A stretch of DNA of 64,000 nucleotides from Yuukianura sp. NJ FZ-2021 (Eukaryota). Below, one piece after another: positions 49,348-61,600 of this stretch. Position 1 is the first letter of the stretch, and every line of letters starts with the position of its first letter. The stretch lies in NCBI GenBank assembly GCA_046563655.1, contig CM102284.1, positions 2,232,001-2,296,000 of the forward strand, given 5' to 3'. The notes under the pieces are model-generated. The model saw nothing but the letters and a program-made list of their open reading frames with translations, was not told the origin of the DNA and ran no database searches. The position numbers and the translations under genes were made by a program.

Positions 49348-51070
49348 TGCTCGTATACATAATGCCGGATCACGGCGATCCGATCATGAAAAGTTGAACC
49401 GATCACCCTGATCCCTATACATAATGAGTCTCGAGGTCATCGGTGACCCGCTCACGTAAACCTCGGATCAAAAATTTGTTTGATCCCTCGCTCAGGGTTA
49501 TATTCGTATACATAATACAAAAAAGTAAACCGGATCACTATGATCGGGATCAAAATTCGTGACCCTGGTATAGGGGTAGGTTCACCACTTGATTCAACTG
49601 GAATTATTTTAATTTTTGTTTAGTATATTCTTTTCCCACGAGTTAAGCGTTCAGTTTTATTAAGGAGTTTGCGTTATAAATGTCAGAAAAAACTTATAGA
49701 ATTTATAGAACTAAAGTTTTTATATAAATTTCAACTTTTGTACAGTTTGCGTCAACTGACTCTATAAAAATTATGGAACTTAAAACGCAGTGTGTCTGCG
49801 CAGTATATGCGCAGTGCTTGCACAGTGCGCAGTGCTTGCGCAGTGCTTGCGCAGTACTTGCGCAGTGCGCAGTGCTTGCGCAGTGCTTGCGCAGTACTTG
49901 CGCAGTGCGCAGTGCTTGCGCAGTGCTTGCGCAGTACTTGCGCAGTGCGCAGTGCTTGCGCAGTACTTGCGCAGTGCGCAGTGCTTGCGCAGTACTTGCG
50001 CAGTGCGCAGTGCTTGCGCAGTGCTTGCGCAGTGCGCAGTGCTTACGCAGTACTTGCGCAGTGCTTGCGCAGTGCGCAGTGCTTGCGCAGTACTTGCGCA
50101 GTGCGCAGTGCTTGCGCAGTACTTGCGCAGTGCTTGCGCAGTACTTGCGCTGTGCTTGCGCAGTACTTGCGCAGTGCTTGCGCAGTACTTGCGCAGTGCG
50201 CAGTGCTTGCGCAGTGCTTGCGCAGTGCTTGCGCAGTGCTTGCGCAGTGCTTGCGCAGTGCTTGCGCAGTGCTTGCGCAGTGCTTGCGCAGTGCTTGCGC
50301 AGTGCTTGCGCAGTGCTTGCGCAGTGCGCAGTGCTTGCGCAGTACTTGCGCAGTGCGCAGTGCTTGCGCAGTACTTGCGCAGTGCTTGCGCAGTACTTGC
50401 GCTGTGCTTGCGCAGTGCTTGCGCAGTGCTTGCGCAGTGCTTGCGCAGTGCTTGCGCAGTGCTTGCGCAGTGCGCAGTGCTTGCGCAGTACTTGCGCAGT
50501 GCGCAGTGCTTGCGCAGTGCGCAGTGCTTGCGCAGTACTTGCGCAGTGCTTGCGCAGTACTTGCGCAGTGCGCAGTACTTGCGCAGTGCGCAGTGCTTGC
50601 GCAGTGCCTAGTGCTTGCGCAGTACTTGCGCAGTGCGCAGTGCTTGCGCAGTACTTCCGCAGTGCTTGCGCAGTATATGCACAGCATGGCCGCATTTTGT
50701 CCCATTAGTTTTCTATTTTGTTCAGTAATTAATTGAATCATTAACTATTTCGTTAATTACTTTAATAAAACACAACAAAAATGGTGTTGTGTTATAGAAA
50801 GTTTGAAAACTTTGCCACCTGAAAATAAAAGGAGCATTAAACTTGTCACATTTTTAATCAACATAATACATTGTTGTTGAAGTATTTAAATGTGGCATGT
50901 AAAAATGAGTAATCCGATGATCACGTTCAGGTGAACCGCATTTACAAATCCACCGCTCAAGATTATATTATGTATACCGTTCACGGATTAGTGTGATCCT
51001 GACCCCCGGATCGGTCTCACCAAATCCTGATCCGTAGGTTACGGGTGAACCGTCATTATGTATACGGGCA
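49348..51070. mobile_element. 1.7-kb non-autonomous TIR element with TTA target duplication (PIF/Harbinger-like)
   Basis: TIR TGCTCGTATACATAATGCCGGATCAC vs reverse complement TGCCCGTATACATAATGACGGTTCAC (23/26). TTA at 49345-47 and 51071-73. Subterminal TATACATAAT repeats; no transposase. Confidence 0.8.
49797..50685. repeat. GC-rich minisatellite of GCGCAGTGCTT / GCGCAGTACTT / GCGCAGT units
   Basis: Directly visible tandem array of about 0.9 kb inside the TIR element. Confidence 0.97.
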
Positions 51071-51803
51071 TTAGTGTCCTTTGCTTGTGTTTAAAGTCGA
51101 ATGTAATAATAAAACGCAGAAACCCAAATTACAAAAGAATTTTTTAGTAAAAAAAAACAAATTCAGCAGTAAATCAATCAATCAATCAATTATTTATTTG
51201 ATTTGGCCTTTTGCCCTATCAATACAAATCCTGCAGCTCGTTTAAGTTAAAGTAATAAATCAAATTAGCATGAGTCAAACACGTAAAAAAGGTAAAATAA
51301 GTAAGTAATACAGAGTCCATTATGAAATTTGGAAGATTTGATGATGTGTACCATGGGGGAGAATTTCCGGGGTGCCCGGGTTCATCGGTCCAGCGTTGGC
51401 TCGAACATTGACAGCACTCTTTGATTTAATACGTGTAACTGCTCCGATGTTTTCACCTTTGTGATAGAAAAAATTGTGCTTCACTCTTTTGCTACTTTCT
51501 TATAGTCGAAAGCTGAAAAAAATAATGAATCAAAACGGACAACTGCGTTTTTTTTTATTCGTTTTCAATAGATAAATAAATTATACACAGCTTTTTGTTG
51601 AAACAGTGTTTTCAATAAGGTCGAAGATTGATTAGTCTTAAAAAGGCTTACTTAATTAACTTAACTATAGAGAAGAACACGGGACACGCGCTATTTGCGT
51701 TGGGATCAATGGCCTTTGACATTTGACTAGAGACAGCGAGAGAGTATGTTAATGAAGTTAAATTGAAACTTAGGTTTTTAGTTAATATCGTATTAATTTG
51801 TGT

Positions 51804-54800
51804 TCAGTCATCGTCCTCTTTTGCGCATGCGGGCAGTCCTTTAGTTAAAGCTACTTTTCCGAGTGGCAGTCTCCGCCGTTCCATTTTCAGGACGTCCACG
51901 CAGCCACGGAAACCGGAATGATAACTCGGTGGGATCTCAGGAGGCAAAACAGTTCCGCCAATGCCACCTACGGAATTTAATAGCTTAAGTTAAATTCAAA
52001 CTTTAAAAAAAGTTGATAGCATCGTTTTTCAATTTTTTTTAGTAATTTTTTGAAAACCGACCTATCCAAAGTTGACCGTCGGAAACGAGAACGTTGCTGC
52101 CGACGGGAGATGTCGCTCTCATTGGAGTGGCTCCATCTACTTGAAAAACGAGAAGTCTTCTTCTGCGCACAATCAGGATTTGATGCCAACGCCCGTCAGC
52201 TACGTACATCTACAAAAAAAATATTATTCATTTTTTTTTATTTCAGAATTTCAAATTTTAACATTTTGAAATTTTTGAATTTAAATGACCATAACCTTTG
52301 ACCTGAGGACGATTGGTTTCTTGTTCTTCGGTGGTCCAAGGTCAACACGCAGTTCAGGGTACCCTTCAACCAGGAACAGACCTAAGTACCCTCTACGCCC
52401 TTTGACCTTTGACCCATTAGGTGCTTCACCCTTGCCAATCCAAAGCAAAACAGAGGGAGACTCGGTATTTGTTTTGAATAAAATTTCAATTTCATTTCGC
52501 CTTTGCACCTTGTTCCTTCAAAAAATCCAAAAATTTGAATTTTATGGAAATCGAAGTTGACGATTAATGGGTGAATGACCGTTTACCTCTTGATTCCTTT
52601 TCGAGGAAACTTCAAAAACGTTTTTCCGTTGAACCTTACAGGACCAGCACTAGTTTTACCTGCATGGAGTGATCAAAAACCTCGTGAAATTCAAAAATTT
52701 AAGAAAGTTGGCGCCAAACTTACGGATTTGACAGTTGAGTCCAGTAAACTGTGGTGGACACAGGCAGACAAAGTTGTTCAGTCTTGGGAAGCATGATCCA
52801 CCGTTGTGACAAGGGAAAGAAACGCTTGAGCCACACGGTGGGCCCTCGTAGCTCTGCAGTCGTCCCTCCATTAAACCGTCTTCAATCTCCCTTCGAAACA
52901 GTTTCTTATTTACAGAAATATGTTGAAGGGCTCCGTCGAAGGGCTCAGGGATTCCGAGCATGCGCACTAGAAGATTTTCGTCTGGAACTCCACCTACGTA
53001 CAGTGGAAGTTCTAGGTTGAGTTCGGACAAGGTAGGAGGAGACTTTCCTTGCACTGGAAATCCCCCATTCACTTGCAGCGACCCCTGGCGGCCCTCTCTT
53101 TTTGCTACCACCCAGTGCCAGCGGTGCAGTTCAAGTGGTTCATTCCACCTGAAAAAACATTAAACATTTACAAATCCCGGTATTATTTGAACAACTCCCA
53201 AAACTTGAATGAAAAAGTCAGTGTAAGTAACAAAAGTCAAACACCCGACATAACTTAAAGAAACTGTACCACTTTGTTACAATACTACTTAAAATCTGCC
53301 GCTATTTTCAATTACTTTTGTTTTCTTTTATGGAATTTTAACGAGGTTAAAGTTTCTCACGTGATATTGGCACTGCCACTGCCAAGGTCAAACAGGAAGC
53401 TTAAAAATCCGTTAGCCAGGTTCAAGGCGACAAAGTCGCCTCTGCCTTCTTCTTGACCGCTGTACAGTAACAGCCCGTTTCGAGTCCTTGGCCAAAACCA
53501 AATTTCAATTTGAATTATCCTAGCTCCATCCAAAATTCCCGGCAACTCCATATAAGAAAATCCACGAAAGTCCAGTGTAGCTGTGCCCTCTCGTACGCGT
53601 TTTGGACCGTCTTCGCAATATTTACCTACGCAAAAACAAACAAAAAAAGTAGTTTCAAGAAGAAATTGCAAGAAATTTTCTTTTATATACTGAAAATGTC
53701 TTTAGTAAACCTGAAAATTGCGGATGACAAACACATTTGAATCCATCTACTTTTTCAGTCCAGCACTCTCCATTGTTTAGACAAGGACTGGACAGACATG
53801 GGTTGTGAACTACACCAAGAGCAATAGGTTCTTCTACGACAGAGAGGCTGAAGGGCCCCCTGGGGAAGCACTGATGGACCCCTTGAAAAGATTCCAGTAA
53901 ACTGTCACTCCCTTCTTCAAAATCCACTGGACGACGTCCAACACTCAACTTATGGATACATCCAATAAATCCTGTTGAGACGCCAACAGATTGCCACACT
54001 CTGAAAATAAAATAATCAAATTCCTACCATACTCTTCAAAATTTGTCACAAAAATTTCCAAAATTTTTAAAGAAAAACCTTGAAGTGTTGATGGGTACAA
54101 ATCCGAGAAACCCGCCGGGGGTTAATTTTAAAGACTTCATGCTTCCAGGAGAAGTTCCTTTAATTTCTTCATAGTCATTGATACGTAGAAGGCCATCGCG
54201 GTTGTATCTTTTAGCAACAATGTCATAGGTCAGGCCCTTCTCCAATTTTAAGCTTGACCTCAAAATGGCTGACCCTGACCCCAGGTTGTACCGGAATTCA
54301 ACAAATCTGAAACATCAAAACAAACAGAATTTTAAAACTAATTTTGTGGTATTTTAAGTTGGTAGGTTTACGCCGTAAAGGATTGAATAATACTTCTCTT
54401 TTTATTTTTTTATTTTTGAAAAGCTTTTTACCCTCCGTTTAGTGCCAACGAAACAAATTTTTCGTAATTTTGACCCTCTGTGGCAAAGATCAGAATTCCA
54501 TGGGCTAAATCAGAAACTGGAGTGAGAGTGGCCTCAATACTGAGCTTATGACTTCCTCCGAGCTGCCCAAGTCCTATCCAAGACTCTCCGTCAAAAAACG
54601 GTAACGATTGTTCTGCTCTGCGACATCCGAATGTTTCCGAGCCTGTACTCGACTGTCCCAGCGGACACGCACATGCGTAGGATCCATTCCGGTAGTCTAA
54701 ACATCTTGAATTTGGCTCACAAGAGACTCTGGAACAAGATTCTTCCTCGTCCAGATTTAAGTCTGAAACAAACTAAGGATTAGTCACCACTCAATCGGGG

Positions 54801-57800
54801 TTTACCTAAATAAGTAAAAAACGTTAAAACTTGCCTGATGGTTTGCATTGAATTGACTCCGAATCCTCCACGAATCCGTCTGCACACACGCACCACCCAG
54901 AGATGCAAGCACTATTAGGTGTAACGCATTCCGATGACAGAAAACAAGAATCTCCCAAGTAGCTCCGCATCTTTCAAATCGAAAGAAGACAATGACGAAA
55001 ACGAAACGAAAATTGAAAAAATTGAAGGCGGGATTTTTAAAAATGTTACCTGGAATGTGACTGGAGTGGGTCGATGCGCCGACGCAGTCTGCTGTAAATG
55101 CCGTGTAGATTTGACTGCAGCACTCGTTCCCCTCCGACCACCCTCCCACTCACCATCACCCCCCGCTTCGTCCCCCGGTTCAGTATAGTCCACCGATGTA
55201 GTAATTGAAATGGAACGTTCCGTTCCCGCTACGCAAAGTTTGAATTATAATGTTTGTCGTACAAAACAATTTTTGCGGGAAAACATTAGGTTCAGTACAT
55301 TACCATTTCCGACACATCCACTTTGTGTCAAAACTTCTCCCGGAAAGCAAGTGTTACATTTTCTACCGGAAACACCAGTCTTACAGTCACACTGCCCAGT
55401 TGACTGTTCGCAGTCATCCCGAAAAGAGCCAAGTTCAAAACAATCACAAGCTAAAGACAAAAACACACAACAGCATGGCTGAAAGTGATGTTTCAGCAAG
55501 GTCAGGTTAGCCTATGACAATCCTTCTGATTTCTGAGTCACTGACCTTGACATCCCTCAAGTCCTTTGATATCGACAAGACTGAGGCCCCAATATCCAGG
55601 AAGACACCGATCACAATGCATACCTCCAACTCCCGGACGGCACTGACATGTTCCTGTCCAGTGGTCACAGGAGTCCTGGTAGGATCCAAGCTTATGACAT
55701 GGACACTGTCCAGCATGAAATATTTCCAAAGTAGTGTTGCTAGCATCTAAATATTAGAATAATAGTTCAAAGTAAGTTAAAAAATGTAATTAGATGCAAA
55801 ACACAATCATAATCCAATATATGGATATATGCTATGATGGACGATATGATATAATCCTATATATTATATAAAATTACGTAAAAACAACCAACGTTACCGA
55901 GATTGTCAAACGTCTCCAGACATTGGCCATAGTAGTTGATTCCAATGACTCGGTCAAAAAGGCACGAAAACTTTTTGAGCTCACATTCGTTCTGTGAAAA
56001 GTTTTGCAACTTTTAAATTGTTGTGTGAAATTTGTTTATAGTTGTTGATTGTCTTGAACAATTTAGTGCGTACACCGTAAGTCACCGAGTTTGTACCGCA
56101 AACTGGATCATGTATTGGTGGACACGTTTGTGGGCAGACGCAAACTCCCGCTTCACATCTAGCTCCAAAGTTACATTGGACGGCTTCACATAGCTCTGCG
56201 AAAAAAAAAAATTGACGATCAGTTTTTTGAAAACTAAAACTCAAATCTGAGAAATTTTGTATAACTTACCGCAACTACCAGCGTAAGCCACTCTAACATC
56301 ACTTTCATCATTGCACGCCGTGGACAGTAGATGGCACTCCGAATCGTAGGTCACGCCTAAAGTTTCAATAAAATGCTGTACATTTCTTTCAAAAAATTTT
56401 GTACATGAAATGTTTTGAATAAATTTGATGTAAATAAAGTTTACCGTCAGATCCACAGACGAGGTGGACTTTGGCTTGACATTTAAAGTGACAGCGACAC
56501 TCTGCCACTCCAAAACGGTTTATAACGCAGGACTCTCCTTTACGACACTTCACAGATTCACATGGGTTCACAGCTGGAAAAACAAAATAATCTATTGGCT
56601 TAGACTTTTTATTAAAATACATTTTAATGTCAAAACTAATATTAATATTTGACAGACCCGATGCGCAACTCCCTCTATAAATAATCCTCAAGTCCTGTAA
56701 ATTTCGACATGCTTCACGCTTCATGTCACACTCCGAGTTGTATGTTTTACCTGAAAAAATTTACATGTCATCACGCCTGCGCGTGGGCAACTAAATGCAA
56801 ACCACTCACCATCAGATCCACAAACGGGATCGTATTCCGGAAGACAATGGAATCCACATTGGCAAGATGGTTGCCGAGAATCGTCCAATTGACATACAGA
56901 TGGAACGGTACAAGACATGTTGGAGCATGGATCTTCAAAGCAGAACGATTTTTTATTTCAGGAATTGAAAAAAACGGGTTAAGTTTGTTGTTTGTAAAAC
57001 CATGCACAAAGGTGGCAAAAAATAGGCAAAACTCACCGCATTTTCCAATGTGTTTAACAATAATGTTTTTCCCAGTTTCGCATCCGATGAATTCCAGCGC
57101 ACATTGACTTTCATACTCATTTCCTAAATTAAGAAAAATTGTAAATTTTTAAAATTAAGAATGAAAATACTTTTTTTTAGCTTTGTTCAAAGTAGTAATC
57201 ACGTAGGGACTCGTGTGAAAAAACGTAAACAAGTTCATACCATCCGAACCGCAGACTGGCGCGTAGTGACTGAGCTCAATTGATGTAGTATCGCACTTTA
57301 TACACTCACAAGTAGCGACCTCTGGAGAATACACAACGCAACGCATACCACGGTCACAAACTTTACTTTTACAAGGATCCTCTTTTTCTGCAAACAAAAA
57401 TCTAGTTTAGAAAACAAACAAACAAAACGTTTCTGCAAACAATAACTCAATGTTGAAATTTTAACCTTACCGCATTCTCCATGATGTTTGACATTTACTA
57501 CCATTTGTTGCGTGCATCCAAACTGAATCAAATAGCATTCGTTCAGGTATGTCACCCCGTCTGAACCACAGACATGCGCATGGGTGGAGGAACACGTTTC
57601 TACGCACTTACAAACTGGCAGACCACCTTCTACGATACATTCCGCACCAAAACCACATTCCTTATCTGCACACGGTTCATCTGAAAATCAGCAATTACAA
57701 CAACATGAAAATTTTAAAATTTCCAAGTTTCTTTGGCGCCAAACGTTTTTTTTTCTTAGAGTTCATTTGATTTTTCTTTAATTAGGAAAGCAAGATACAC

Positions 57801-58673
57801 ATTTCTGAATCATTTATTACATTTTTCGTATTAGAGAAACCTGACAGGTACCTTAAAATTTTAAATGAAAATGCATGTTTTCCCGCTCAAAAGAAAAACA
57901 TGCCGCCTACACAGGAAATTCAACCATATTGGAAACGATCTCCAAAACATCTCAAATTTTTTTATAATCAATCGACACCCTTCAAAAATTTCTCCAAAAC
58001 CAGTTGAGATTTGAAACTTTAAGATTTGAATCCTGGCGCCACTTGTCAATTTGAGCAACAAAAGTTATTTTTTTAGTCGAATCTGTTTAAGGGCCACCAC
58101 GCCCTAGCTCTGCCCAATTAATTAGGAACCGCACTGTGTACCTTGCAGAGCAGTCGTGAACGTCCTCACGTGATGTAGATTAGGCAGAGTGAGATACAGT
58201 GGAGGTTGGGCAAGAATCAAATGACCCTGCGCAGTCGACTTGCGCAGAATGAAAATTCTGGTATCTTTGACCCTGATGTTGGTCACGCATGTCCAACTAC
58301 CCACTGCAAGGAGCTCTCCCTCCAGAATGTTTTTGCCGTAAATGACTCGTTTGACCTTTAGATGCAGTAGAGGCTTGTCGTTGAACTCAAGGTCAAATGT
58401 GGCCAAGTTTTGAGCATTTGACCCCATGGGGTACAATTTGACCTTTGACCTTTGGCCAATGGGGATTGATGCTTCCACTACTGCTGTCAGGATCAAATCC
58501 GGAAGTTTGTGGTCAACAGGGTAACACTGATTCTGACCCAGTTTCAGAGTTAAACCATCAAGCTCACTACTTGTACCTTGAGATGCACTACAAATTAAGG
58601 AACACTGCATAAAATGGAACAACAGTGGGAAGAAATTCGAATTTGTGTTGTGTTTTCGCATCATGCACAACAT
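51804..58673 (-). CDS. AGRN: Agrin-like basement-membrane protein (NtA-like, 5 follistatin/Kazal, 2 laminin-EGF, EGF + 3 laminin G)
   Basis: NtA-like LKVKRV..C..RVKDTRIFI; repeated VCGSDG.TY..EC Kazal motifs; CPCHKLGS..CDRCLPGYWG LE repeats; LamG motifs (GLLLYSGQ..DFVALNL, ELPLYVGG, GFRGCV); stop at 51804. The exact start codon is uncertain. Confidence 0.85.
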
Positions 58674-61600
58674 GGTTGAATTTAGGCGTCACTTTTCAGT
58701 TCGTGCAAAATGGATTACTTGGCACATGAACTTTCACCTTTTAATTTCCAGCACTTTTTCAATTTCGAAATGAAGTGCAGTTTTTCACAAATTGATTTCA
58801 ATACGATAAAATATTACGCTTAAATTTTTCCAAAAAAATTTCATTTTGTACTTTGTTATTTGTTGGATATTTGTGTGTACTAAACATGTTGCGAATTTTA
58901 AGCGCATGGAGTTCTTATGTTGTTATTGTTGTGAAAATCTTCCGGGAAGTGTGTTTACCCATCAAGGCACTACGACAGAATGAGGTGAATTTTAAGATAT
59001 CTTGAGGTGCAAATGGAATTGTTGTAAGTGAACCTGTTGCATCTTCGTCCACCTCACAGATCATCTCAACTTCAACAGTTACAACGATTCCAGAAAAAAT
59101 TGGGCACGATGACAGAGACTTATTTCCTCAGAAAACACCGCATGACCACATCAATACCCTAAAATACCATCAAGCGTAACCTATTTCCCAGAAATTCTTC
59201 GTTACTGTAAAATTCAAATGTTAAGTTACTAAAATGTAACAAAAGCGCCGAATCCAACTAAATTACATACGTTGAAACTTAAAAAACAGAACTAAGAAAT
59301 TTCAAATTTTTGAAAATTAGAAGATGGACGTTGAAATTTTGAATCTGGATGGAATTGATGAGCTTAGCGAGCAGAGGTTGAAGTGGATGGATTTGGTTAA
59401 GTAGTTGGGTCATGTCCAGAGTAGAATCAAAATAGGGGTCATGACAAGTGACATGAGAATCCTGCATCACTAAAACCCCTTAATACCCTCCCTATTATTA
59501 ACTCACTCCCCGTCACCACTCTGACACTTGACATCAACACACTTAGGTTAGGGGATTACACGAGACTTAGAAAACATTCGGGACGCGGGGTCGAATCTCA
59601 CCCCAGTCACTTTTTTCCTTCAAATTCCTTCTGTCGTGTTCTCCATCATTCTGAAGTTCGGCGTTCGGAAACTTCGTTTTTCAAAAACTGATTTATAGCA
59701 AAAGGTAACGAAACTATAGCCTAGCATATAAAAAAAAAATTTCGAAAAGGTTAAAAAAAAATAAGGGAGAAAAGAAAATTTTGGAATTGAGGCTCAAATT
59801 TCTTGTTGAGAACAGATGAATTCCGCCCCCCAAAATGTTGAATGTTGGTTTTGTCTTAATTAAATTCCTGGAAACAAAACAGTTTTTAAAAAACCCGCCT
59901 TTTCATTTTTAGAACTTTTAGGTTAGTTAGGTTATGTTTTCTTTGAATTGTGTTCTGAACAAAGTTGTTTGAAGGCGGGTAAGGATGAGACTAATTTATG
60001 AGCAAGGAAGTGAGGAGGGATTTTACAAAATGTTGGAAGGGGTAAATGGATACCCCAATAAACCAAGACTACCGAATTCTACTTTTCAAAATTCAAGTCA
60101 CGCGCCATCGTTTGGAAAACAAAATTTTTCGAACTTTTCAAAAGTTTTTCAGTTTTAGAAACGGAAAATGAATAGGAGTTTTTTCGAAGATTGGTTTCCA
60201 ACTTAGAGTTTAACAGCGCATGTGTTGAGGCTGAGTTGGAACTGACACGAGATGTGTCACGAGATGACTTTGGGAAGTGATTGATTAGCCATCCAAATTC
60301 AAAAAATCACCTCCTGTTCTGTTCAAAACTTTTTGAAACTTCCCTCCCCTCTCTCTCGTCTTGAAAATCATCTTCACATCCAAGATCTGTAAGCAATGAT
60401 AACAAACCAAGATTTTCAAATCAACCAAATTGGATCGAACAGAGTTCGAGTTTTAAAAAAACGACTTTTGTTTTTTACAGCCTTTTTCCAATCCTGCCTC
60501 AACAGTTGCCCTCCAGAGTTAAAAAAAAAAACAAAAACAGGCACGACTCTCGTATTAATTGAGACATGGGAGCCAACCTCGTAAATTAACTGTGAAACCT
60601 AACAAATCGAACGTTAAATTTTTATTCCTCTTAAAACCTTCAAACACGTAAGTGCTAAAACCATGTTAAAACGGGTTAAAACCTTTGTTTTTCTGAAAAC
60701 GTAAAATACATGTATAAATCATACAATAAACTCATAAAAATTGGGTTAAAATAGTTAAAACTGGTGAAGATTTTTGTCCTCCAAAAACCTAATCCGTTAA
60801 AACATTACAAAAAGTTTCAACACGTTTTACCATTCTGGAATAGAATATTGAAGAAAAAAATTCACTCTAAAATGTCTGGTTAAAACGGGGTTAAAAGCAG
60901 CTAAAATTTCAATTCAGAATTATGTTTTATTTTCTGGCTTTATTGAAGCATTTCTTAAAAATTTCAGAAATTTGGATAAAAATGGGGCAAATGGTTCCAG
61001 TTTTTTTTTTTGTAGAATAAAAAGTGAGTTGTTTGAACAATGGTTGAGACGGATGACTTATGGTAATTTGAAATCGTTGTTTCGTCCCGCCCTGTTGCCC
61101 ATTAACCCAAATAGTACATTCCAGGTGATCTTTGGAGTTGTAGTACTTGATCTCTCAAATTTATCTCAACCAACATCTTCAGTGGCTCCAAACCTTCAAG
61201 TCCTCCTCTACGCGCCAACATTCAAACTGAATCAGTTTTTGAGCGTCGCCTGATAACTAAAAATTCATTAAAGAGTAATACACACACAAGGCAAGGAGAG
61301 GGGAAGGGCTCTTCTGGTCTCATTTAGATGACGTTCAGATTGCCCACCTCTGGGCGTGGAACGCTCTCAAAATTCAATTTTCCCACCACAGACTCCTTTT
61401 TCCAAAAAATCCAGCGCCGAATTTCAAATTTTGATAAAAATCTTCATAGCTCTGCATGGAAAGTCTAGATTTCTAAACAATAGAAACACTTAGACGGTCA
61501 TAAAATGTTTAATTGGGCAATTCAATTCTAGTTGTAGGGGTAGTAAAATACTACTACGCGTTGGCGGGAAAATTCAAATATATGTACTTTGAGTACCTTG

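Noticed and set aside
49797-50685. CRISPR-like array
   Set aside because: No unique spacers and no cas genes; eukaryotic tandem repeat.
49703-50741. Five long Cys/Ala-rich ORFs on both strands
   Set aside because: Artefacts of a stop-free satellite; open in multiple frames with no coding context.
59550-59616. tRNA/SINE-like stretch (GGGTCGAATCTC followed by a T-run)
   Set aside because: Only a weak B-box resemblance; no cloverleaf or A-box could be built.
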